A model generated the notes under the pieces. It worked only from the letters and a program-made list of their open reading frames with translations. It searched no databases and was not told where the DNA came from. From NCBI GenBank assembly GCA_046290465.1, contig JBKAGP010000001.1, positions 384,001-448,000 of the forward strand: a DNA stretch of 64,000 nucleotides, written 5' to 3'. This DNA is from Planctomycetota bacterium. GTDB taxonomy: Bacteria; Planctomycetota; UBA1135; UBA2386. Below, in pieces: positions 10,401 to 16,780 of the stretch; the stretch's first letter is position 1; each line of letters starts with the position of its first letter. Both the position numbers and the translations under genes were made by a program.

Positions 10401-10848
10401 GGTCCTCGAGCGCCGCGCCGTTGCGCTGCAGCAGCTCGCGCAGGGTCGTGCCCTGCACGTACTGCATGACCAGATAGGTGGTCGCCACGCCGAGCATCTC
10501 GACCGTCTCGACGCCGTGGATCTCGGCGACGTTGGGGTGCCGGATCGACATGCCCAGCTCGCCCTCGGCGAACAGCCGTTCTTGCGCCTTGCGATCGGCG
10601 AGCAGCTCCGGCCGCAGGAACTTGACGGCGACCGGCATGCCGGCGTCGAGCTCGCGATACGGCCGCGTCAGCACCGCTTCGTAGACGGTGCCCGACGAGC
10701 CGCTGCCGATCTCGCGCAGCAGCTCGAACGGGCCGTCGACCGGCCGCGGCAGCAGCGTCGACGGGTCTGGCTGGGCCGCATCCGGGTGGGCCCTGTGCGG
10801 GTGCGCCGCGTCCGCGTCGTCGTCAGTGCTGTCGGGCCCGTCCGCCAC
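7426..10848 (-). CDS. Hanks-type Ser/Thr kinase fused to a degenerate P-loop (AAA_16/STAND-like) domain and TPR-like C-terminus
   Basis: GSGSSGTV, VAVK, HRDVKPEN, DLG, GSVAYASPE, SDLYALGVVLYE; then PFVDR..E, Walker-A-like APESTGRRRLL, Walker-B-like VVRVDHADDLD, GLP motif, helical repeats. Start chosen at GTG 10848 (the track ORF begins at 10908). Confidence 0.85.
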   Translation of the reverse strand: MADGPDSTDDDADAAHPHRAHPDAAQPDPSTLLPRPVDGPFELLREIGSGSSGTVYEAVLTRPYRELDAGMPVAVKFLRPELLADRKAQERLFAEGELGMSIRHPNVAEIHGVETVEMLGVATTYLVMQYVQGTTLRELLQRNGAALEDLTRRLGADAARGLFALHRRGLVHRDVKPENLILTPGSELKIVDLGLVRPFGAEGGGSSPGHSSASSSGFGLAGSVAYASPESLRGAPAGPRSDLYALGVVLYEVTTGQHPFADATTPDEMMHAHLYRLPPLPSHLRPRISPLLEQVLLDLLQKAPDDRPRSASELARVLEQGERSDYWQRHEADAPVLASSRRLMRMRRPAEAPFVDRKLESAQLDHAFAAARSGRGAVLAVVAPESTGRRRLLDEAMERWLDGDQPPRYLGGDADSGFGHGEPFASTLLDLLLRGDDRHTPNARPRAVDRARQRFALNEPDAEALVAVAFGDSTEPSEVRANRLANAFLALPKKGQPLVVRVDHADDLDTSGTLVLQQLAAAAPSTWLLVLLAAGPDTTLVDAEQRLELQGLDERSFLQFGRSLFRTPIEQGVDDYLRGAHQILSGLPGSLLEALEHLVDQGDLQGRVGDYHGLGRDVEPAPAPRHVQRFRERVQSLLPAHRAVLSAAAVLGDRCSLAELAALILQPELAVLETLSLFRGRIVRSQGGEVSFRHRDFRQALLRSLPNEEQQRLHAAAAQVLEARGASPLVVGMHRSQALDHEGCLLPLLEALDNRVRAGSRRTALRLVGRLAVHFRHVATTDRIERLRLRFLVLSAQAQQNADQSQTAARTFRDAEKLARQLHDLDASAAARIGLATDALDHGRMLSAITLLETVHDDLDDEHTATGPATDALAAQAHALHGRILLYLGQAADCMKHLLAAKKRVPPEEDDLRCHLWIDLARAEGLARRFATALRTLHAIEKAHPVRHLPRARLRFHLYRGQLRAVLGDPEAGQDLRLAFEEASQLALPVYAARAALFRGERQFFRGRDDESRQRFDEALAMARAAGDRVGEASARCQLLRLGATDDGLPALIDELDLPELHANLLLAMAGSDRAHPDTEARLDALLDNADLPLAVHLRALAWLDRPASARSLVRSISERFPQRTLKQRFLQLWNDKVRI

Positions 10849-10910
10849 GGGTCTCTTGTAGCGGCGTGGTTGCACCCGATCGAGGCCTCTGCGACTCTTC
10901 CGGTCCACCC

Positions 10911-12350
10911 ATGGCGATCCGTCTGCACAACTCGCTCACCCGTCAGCTCGAAGACCTCAAGCCGCTCGTCGACGGCAAGGTGACGATGTACCACTGTGGA
11001 CCGACCGTCTACAGTTCGCCGCACATCGGCAACTTCCGCAGCTTCCTGTTCGCCGACGTGCTGCGGCGCTTCGTCGAGGACCAGGGCTACGAGGTGACGC
11101 AGGTGATGAACATCACCGACGTCGGCCACCTGACGCTCGACGACATCGAGGGCGGCGAGGACAAGATGGAGGCCGAGTCCAAGCGCACCGGCCGCACCGC
11201 GTGGGACATCGCGCAGCAGTACATCGACGAGTTCTCGGAGTGCCAGCGAGCGCTGCGGGTTCGCCTGCCGCACCACATGCCGCGCGCCACCGACTTCATC
11301 GCGCAGATGGGCGACATCATCGGCGACCTGCTGCAGAAGGGCATCGCCTACCAGGTCGACGGCAACGTCTACTTCGAGGTCGGCAAGTTCCCCGAGTACG
11401 GCAAGCTCAGCGGCAAGAACATCGACGAGCTGGAGTCCGGCGCGCGCGTCGCCGTCAACACCGAGAAGAAGGACCCGCGTGACTTCGCGCTGTGGAAGGT
11501 CGACGACCAGCACCAGATGCAGTGGGACGGGCCGTTCGACGGGGGTCAGCGCGGCTTCCCGGGCTGGCACATCGAGTGCTCGGCGATGTCGATGCACTAC
11601 CTCGGCAAGCAGATCGACATCCACACCGGCGGCGAGGACAACGTGTTTCCGCACCACGAGTGCGAGATCGCGCAGACCGAGGCGCACACCGGCGAGCGCT
11701 TCGTCGGCATCTGGATGCACGCGCGGCACCTGCTGGTCGACGACACCAAGATGTCGAAGAGCCTCGGCAACTTCTACACCGTCAGCGAGATCCTGCAGAA
11801 GGGCTACAGCGGCCTCGAGCTGCGCTACGCGCTGATCCGCGTGCAGTACCGCCAGTCGCTGAACTTCACGCTGAAGGGACTCGACGAGGCGCGCGCCGCG
11901 ATCGGCCGCATCAACGAGGCCCGCAAGAAGCTGGTGCGGGTGCGCGACGGCGCCGACCGGGCCGGCGGCGACGACCTCGCGGCGGCGGTGCAGACGGCCA
12001 ACGACGCGTTCACGGCGGCGATGTGCGACGACCTCAACGTGTCCGAGGCGCTGGCGGCGGTGTTCGAGTTCGTCAGCGCGGTCAACCGGGCGGCCCCGAC
12101 GGCCGCGTCGGCGGCGGCGGCGCTGCAGGCGTTCGCGCGCTTCGAGGACGTGCTCGGCGTGTTCGGCGACGAGCCACCGGCCGACGCCACCGGCGACGCG
12201 CCGCCGGAACTGGTGGCGCTGCTCGACGAGCGCAAGCAGGCCAAGGCCGACAAGGACTGGGCGCGCGCCGACGAGATCCGCGACCGGATCCAGGCGGCCG
12301 GCTGGAAGATCGTCGACACGCCGGCAGGCGCGCGGCTCGAGAAGGCCTGA
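10911..12350 (+). CDS. cysS: cysteine--tRNA ligase
   Basis: [63 protein letters not shown]. Confidence 0.98.
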   Translation: MAIRLHNSLTRQLEDLKPLVDGKVTMYHCGPTVYSSPHIGNFRSFLFADVLRRFVEDQGYEVTQVMNITDVGHLTLDDIEGGEDKMEAESKRTGRTAWDIAQQYIDEFSECQRALRVRLPHHMPRATDFIAQMGDIIGDLLQKGIAYQVDGNVYFEVGKFPEYGKLSGKNIDELESGARVAVNTEKKDPRDFALWKVDDQHQMQWDGPFDGGQRGFPGWHIECSAMSMHYLGKQIDIHTGGEDNVFPHHECEIAQTEAHTGERFVGIWMHARHLLVDDTKMSKSLGNFYTVSEILQKGYSGLELRYALIRVQYRQSLNFTLKGLDEARAAIGRINEARKKLVRVRDGADRAGGDDLAAAVQTANDAFTAAMCDDLNVSEALAAVFEFVSAVNRAAPTAASAAAALQAFARFEDVLGVFGDEPPADATGDAPPELVALLDERKQAKADKDWARADEIRDRIQAAGWKIVDTPAGARLEKA

Positions 12351-12450
12351 GCGCGTGCCGGCGGGCCGGGATGGCACCATGCCCCTCGGTCGTCGTAGCA
12401 TGCGGCGACCGCATCCCGTCCCGGACGGTCGACGAACCCGACCTACGTAC

Positions 12451-13104
12451 ATGCGCAAGACCACGCTGGTGTCGCTGCTGACCGCGACGTTCCTGTTCTC
12501 CTGCTGCGGCCCGGAGCCCAAGGGCCGAGACGACCTCTCGGCCGAGACCGGTGGCGCGCAGGTGCCAGCCGCCGCGGCAGCGCCCTCCGAGGCCGGACCG
12601 ATGGCTGGCGAGTCCGGCACGGATCCGGTTGCTGGTCATCCGGTCCCTGGTGATGCCTCCGAACCCGCTGCCCCAGAGTCGAAGAATCCGATGAGCTACA
12701 ACGAGCTGACCGAGGAAGAGGCCCACGTCCTGCTCGAGAAGGGCACCGAGCGCGCCGGCACCGGCGAGTACACCGACCTGAAGGACGAGGGGCTCTACAT
12801 CTGCCGGCAGTGCAACGCGCCGCTCTACCGCTCGGCCGACAAGTTCCACTCGGGCTGCGGCTGGCCGAGCTTCGACGACGAGATCGCCGGCGCGGTCGAA
12901 CGGCACGAGGACAAGTCGTGGGGCATGGTGCGCACCGAGATCGTCTGCAAGAACTGCAAGGGCCACCTCGGCCACGTGTTCTTCGGCGAGCGCATGACCG
13001 AGAAGAACACCCGCCACTGCGTCAACTCGGTGTCGATGCGGTTCGTGCCGGCCGGCGAGGAGCCGCCCAAGAAGATCGTGCTGCCGGCCACCGACGGCAA
13101 GTAG
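12451..13104 (+). CDS. msrB: peptide-methionine (R)-S-oxide reductase with lipoprotein-like leader and Ala/Pro linker
   Basis: KGTER, CRQC...CKNC Zn motifs, [22 protein letters not shown]-terminus [19 protein letters not shown] resembles a lipoprotein signal; the catalytic domain starts at internal ATG 12691. Confidence 0.93.
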   Translation: MRKTTLVSLLTATFLFSCCGPEPKGRDDLSAETGGAQVPAAAAAPSEAGPMAGESGTDPVAGHPVPGDASEPAAPESKNPMSYNELTEEEAHVLLEKGTERAGTGEYTDLKDEGLYICRQCNAPLYRSADKFHSGCGWPSFDDEIAGAVERHEDKSWGMVRTEIVCKNCKGHLGHVFFGERMTEKNTRHCVNSVSMRFVPAGEEPPKKIVLPATDGK

Positions 13105-13107
13105 CGC

Positions 13108-14217
13108 TCAGCGCGCCTGCGGCCGCAGCACCTGCATGCGCAGGGGCTGCATCGAGCCGATCCGGGCGCGGACCTCGGCGAGCTCGCGGCGGGTGACCTC
13201 CAGGTCGATGTCGAGCTGCTGGCGCTCGACGGTCCGCGCGGCGCGTTCGCGTTCGTGCTCGAGCGCCTGGGTGAGACGGTCCTCGGCCTCCCGCTGCGCC
13301 TCGCGCAGGCTCTCCAGCCGGGCGCGCGCGCGGCTCCACTGCAGCTCCACCTCCGGCTGCTGCTGCAGGACCTTGAGCAGCATCGTCTCGATGTTGCCGA
13401 GCAGCTCCTGCCAGCGGTCGATGCCGCGGTCGACCTCGGCGATCTGGCCCGCGACCTTGCGCATGCGGGCCCGCAGCTCGTCGCGGGTTTCGGGCTTCTC
13501 GGTCTGGAAGCGCGCTTCGAGTCCGAGCCGCAGGTTGTTGAGCTCGTCGCGCCTGTCGCGGCTGTCGGCGATCTCGTCGCGCAGCTTGTCGCGCAGCGCC
13601 GTGTTCTCGTCGCGCATCTTGGCGAGGTGCTTGCGGGCGTTGGACTCGGTGGCCTCGGCGAGCCGGGCCTCGAGCAGCTGCTCTTCGATCTGGCGACGGT
13701 TGCGGCGGGCGCGCTCGAGGTCGTTGGCGGTTCGCTCCAGCTGTATGCGCAGGTCGAGCGACCGCTTCTGCTGGGTCGCGTGGCGCCGTTCGAGGCGTTC
13801 CCGCCGTTCGTCGCACTCGCGGTGCGGCGCCGCGACCAGCACGTCCTCGAGGCGGCGGCGCAGGTGGTCGATCGCGGCGTCGATGCAGCGGTCCTGGGTG
13901 GCGTCGGTCCATTCGCCGGCGAACGCGACCGTCAGGTAGATGTCGAACTGGTAGGTGCCGGCGCGGTGTTCGCCGCGCATCAGCGCCGAGCTCTCGGTGA
14001 CCTGCTCGAAGCCGTCGCCGAGCCGGTCGCGCACGTGCTGGCCGAGCGCCTTCTCCTCGAGCATGCGCCCGATCAGGTGCTGGTTGACGACGATGTCGTT
14101 GGGCCCGGTGTGCAGCAGCACCTGGGCCTGGAGCTCGTGCGCGGCGGGCGACGGCGCGTCCTGGGCGAGCAGCGGCAGCGCACTGGCGAACAGGATCGGG
14201 AGCAGGCGGTGGTTCAT
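13108..14217 (-). CDS. secreted long coiled-coil hypothetical protein (369 aa)
   Basis: Signal peptide MNHRLLPILFASALPLLAQ, small alpha/beta N-domain, then more than 200 aa of E/R/L/Q heptads. ATGA overlap with the upstream gene. Confidence 0.75.
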   Translation of the reverse strand: MNHRLLPILFASALPLLAQDAPSPAAHELQAQVLLHTGPNDIVVNQHLIGRMLEEKALGQHVRDRLGDGFEQVTESSALMRGEHRAGTYQFDIYLTVAFAGEWTDATQDRCIDAAIDHLRRRLEDVLVAAPHRECDERRERLERRHATQQKRSLDLRIQLERTANDLERARRNRRQIEEQLLEARLAEATESNARKHLAKMRDENTALRDKLRDEIADSRDRRDELNNLRLGLEARFQTEKPETRDELRARMRKVAGQIAEVDRGIDRWQELLGNIETMLLKVLQQQPEVELQWSRARARLESLREAQREAEDRLTQALEHERERAARTVERQQLDIDLEVTRRELAEVRARIGSMQPLRMQVLRPQAR

Positions 14218-14675
14218 CGGATCTCGTCGGTCGGGGTCGGGTGGTCGGTGGGGGCGAGCGCGAGCGCGCGCGCGTAGGCGAGTTCGAACGCGAGGTGGCG
14301 CCCAGGATCAAAGGGGCCACGATCGAATTGGCCGGCGTCGAAGGAGGCAGCATCGAACGTGCCAGCGTCGAAGGCACCGTGGCTCCCGCCGCGCAGCTGG
14401 GCCGGCGGCTGCGCGAGGTCCTCCAGCAGCTGTTCGAGGCGCCGTTCCAGCAGGTCGAGTTCGGTGGTCGCGGTCGACCCGGGGGGACACGTCGACCACC
14501 GGGCGGCGCCGATCATCGTGAGCCCGACCGCGAGCAGTGCGGCGACGGCGAGCGCGGCGGTGCGCCGGCGGCGCTGCCGCAGCCGCTGCGCCAGCCGTTG
14601 CGGCGTGATCGGCAGGCCCGGCGGCGGCGGCGTGCGTTCGTCGCAGGTGGCCAGCTGGTGCCGTTCGTCGGTCAT
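14214..14675 (-). CDS. putative single-pass membrane anti-sigma factor (153 aa)
   Basis: ATGA-coupled downstream of an ECF gene; Arg cluster followed by TM helix (AALAVAALLAVGLTMIGAA); contains an xFDxG pentapeptide repeat. Function inferred from position. Confidence 0.6.
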   Translation of the reverse strand: MTDERHQLATCDERTPPPPGLPITPQRLAQRLRQRRRRTAALAVAALLAVGLTMIGAARWSTCPPGSTATTELDLLERRLEQLLEDLAQPPAQLRGGSHGAFDAGTFDAASFDAGQFDRGPFDPGRHLAFELAYARALALAPTDHPTPTDEIR

Positions 14676-15244
14676 GCGTCCGCTCCGGTCAGCCGGTCGC
14701 GCAGGCGCTGGCGGGCGCGCGACAGGCGCGCGTCGACGGCTGTGCGGCTGCAGCCGCACAGCGAGGCGATCTCTTCGACGTCACGCTGTTCGAGGTAGCG
14801 CAGCACCAGCACCTCGCGATCGCCGTGCGCGAGCTGCTGCATCGCGGCGCGGGTGCGGTCCAGCCGTTCGTCGTCGGTCTGGCGGTCCGGCACCGCTGGT
14901 TCGGCGATGCCGAACAGCGAGCGGAGCCGGCGGCGGCGGCGGTTGGCGTTGGCGTGCCGCTGGGCCTTGCGCAGCGCGATCGTGGTCAACCAGGTCCGCA
15001 GAGAACTGTCGCCGCGGAACCGTTCACGGTGGCGGAAGGCCGCCAGCAGCACGTCCTGCACCACGTCGTCGAGGTCGGCCGCCGACGCGCGCCAGCCGAG
15101 CAGCCGGTGCACCAGCCGTCGCAGCCGCGGCGCCTCGGCGCACAGGGCATCGTCGCGCGCCTGCGGGGCGTCGGCCGCGCGGTCGCCGGCGGCGCCGGGC
15201 ACGCCGTCGTGGTCGCTGGTCCAGGCTGCCAGGATCTCGAGCAT
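14672..15244 (-). CDS. ECF RNA polymerase sigma-70 factor (canonical acidic sigma2.2)
   Basis: DLDDVVQDVLL, FRGDSSLRTWLTTIALR (region 2); LAHGDREVLVLRYLEQRDVEEIASLCGCSRTAVDARLSRARQRLR (region 4). Confidence 0.92.
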   Translation of the reverse strand: MLEILAAWTSDHDGVPGAAGDRAADAPQARDDALCAEAPRLRRLVHRLLGWRASAADLDDVVQDVLLAAFRHRERFRGDSSLRTWLTTIALRKAQRHANANRRRRRLRSLFGIAEPAVPDRQTDDERLDRTRAAMQQLAHGDREVLVLRYLEQRDVEEIASLCGCSRTAVDARLSRARQRLRDRLTGADA

Positions 15245-15250
15245 CGCCCC

Positions 15251-15280
15251 ATTGGACCCAGCACGGGCGTGCATCTGACA
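15251..15280 (-). promoter_or_regulatory. candidate autoregulatory ECF promoter TGTCAGA-N15-GGTC
   Basis: Minus strand reads TGTCAGAtgcacgcccgtgctgGGTCcaat just upstream of the ECF ATG. TGTCA...GTC resembles known ECF promoter classes; single instance only. Confidence 0.35.
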
Positions 15281-15320
15281 GGCGATCGCGATTTCCCGAG
15301 GTGCCGAAGCGAACGGCTGG

Positions 15321-15368
15321 TCAGAGGATCAGGGGCTCAGAGGATCAGGGGCTCAGAGGATCAGGCGC
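15321..15368. repeat. 16-bp tandem repeat x3 (TCAGAGGATCAGGGGC), the third copy being the end of the upstream gene
   Basis: Copies at 15321-15336 and 15337-15352 are exact; 15353-15368 (TCAGAGGATCAGGCGC) has one mismatch. Confidence 0.95.
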
Positions 15369-16765
15369 AGCGGCAGGCTGGTGTCGAAGGTGGTCGGCGA
15401 CAGCGTGCCCCAGAGGAAGTAGAGCTGCTGGCCGGAGAACACGATGCCGGGCGGCAGCTGCAGCCGGGTGCGTTCGGGGTGGCCGTCGAACGGGTTGGCC
15501 GCCGGGCGCACGTAGACGTCGAGCACCGTGTAGGGGCCGAACGGGTTGTTGAGCGCCGCCGCCGAGATCGCCAGGCTCAGCTGCGGGTTGCCGGGCGGCG
15601 GCCAGCCGGTCATCCAGGTCTCGGCGAACTCCTGGCCACCGAACGGGTCGACGAAGCGGCTGGCCGACGCCTGCACCTGGTTGGGCAGGCCGGGCAGGAT
15701 CGGCGGCAGCGGCGTGCCGAGCATCATCGGCAGGTTGATCGGGCTCGGTTGCAGCGCGCTGCCGGGATCGAGCGAGCAGATGCCGTCGACGTCGTCGGGG
15801 CCGAGCCCGAGCGTCACCTCGGTGCTGATCGGCGAGCCACCGGGCAGCCGGTAGACGCTGTTGGTGCCGGTGCCGGGCAGGCAGAACAGGATCGGGTCGC
15901 GCGGTCCGGCGGGACCCGGCAGCAGCGGGTCGACCGAGAACAGCGCGAAGCCGCGCACGAGGTCGAGCGCCAGCGCGTCGAGGTCCTCGGACGGGTCGAT
16001 GCCGAAGTCGGCGGCGGTGAACGCGACCGTGACCGGACTCCACGTGCCGGGTGTCGGCAGCCACGTGGTCGAGAACACCGTCGCGCCGCTGCGCTGGGCC
16101 GGCACCGTCGTCCACGCCGCCGGGATTGCCGCGGTGGTCGCGTCGGACACCGAGAAGTAGACCGTCGGCGGCCCGAGCACCGCGGCGAGCTGCGGGTTCT
16201 GCTCGTAGATCAGCGACGTGAAGATGTCGTGCGCGTCGAGGTTGCCGGACGGGGCGGTGCCGAGCGCGGCGTCGATCTCGACCGAGTCCTGCGCGCGGAA
16301 CGGCACCCCGACGATCGCCGGCGGCAGCGAACTGCCGGGGATCACGTAGGCGAACACGTCGGCCGCCGCACCGTCGACGTTGGCGACCTCGTCGGCGATC
16401 ACGCCGCCGGGCGCACCGATGGTGCCGCGCGACACCGAGAAGCTGATCGCACCCCACTGCGGCGGCGCGATCACCGCCTCGCCGAGCGGGTTGGCGACGA
16501 CCCAGTCGAGCCCGAGCGACAGCGCGTCGACGTCGACCGGCACGCCGCCGAGGAACGTCGAGAAGTCCGGGCCAGGGCCGCCGCCGGTCGGCGGCAGCAC
16601 GCCGTCGATGCCGTAGTCGGAGGTTCCGACATCGGCCGGGCCGAGGCCGCCGAGCACGGTCGCGGGATCGACCGAGAACGCGTGTGGCAGCGCCAGCGTC
16701 GGGCCGCCGCTCTGCGCGAGCAGCGCGGTGGGCAGCAGGAACGACAGGATCGAAAGGCAGCGCAT
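15353..16765 (-). CDS. secreted Pro/Gly/Asp-rich hypothetical protein (470 aa)
   Basis: Signal peptide MRCLSILSFLLPTALLAQ; recurring [DN][VL]D[AG] motifs (DVDAL, NLDAH, DLDAL, DVDGI); beta-rich C-terminal domain without a TM helix. GAGGA SD present. Confidence 0.8.
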   Translation of the reverse strand: MRCLSILSFLLPTALLAQSGGPTLALPHAFSVDPATVLGGLGPADVGTSDYGIDGVLPPTGGGPGPDFSTFLGGVPVDVDALSLGLDWVVANPLGEAVIAPPQWGAISFSVSRGTIGAPGGVIADEVANVDGAAADVFAYVIPGSSLPPAIVGVPFRAQDSVEIDAALGTAPSGNLDAHDIFTSLIYEQNPQLAAVLGPPTVYFSVSDATTAAIPAAWTTVPAQRSGATVFSTTWLPTPGTWSPVTVAFTAADFGIDPSEDLDALALDLVRGFALFSVDPLLPGPAGPRDPILFCLPGTGTNSVYRLPGGSPISTEVTLGLGPDDVDGICSLDPGSALQPSPINLPMMLGTPLPPILPGLPNQVQASASRFVDPFGGQEFAETWMTGWPPPGNPQLSLAISAAALNNPFGPYTVLDVYVRPAANPFDGHPERTRLQLPPGIVFSGQQLYFLWGTLSPTTFDTSLPLRLIL

Positions 16766-16780
16766 GGCGGGTCCTCGGGA

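Noticed and set aside
7426..10848. Avs/STAND anti-phage defence system
   Set aside because: The Walker A lysine is missing, there is no nuclease, TIR or SIR2 effector, and the context is housekeeping rather than a defence island. Kept only as a pseudo-ATPase signalling finding.
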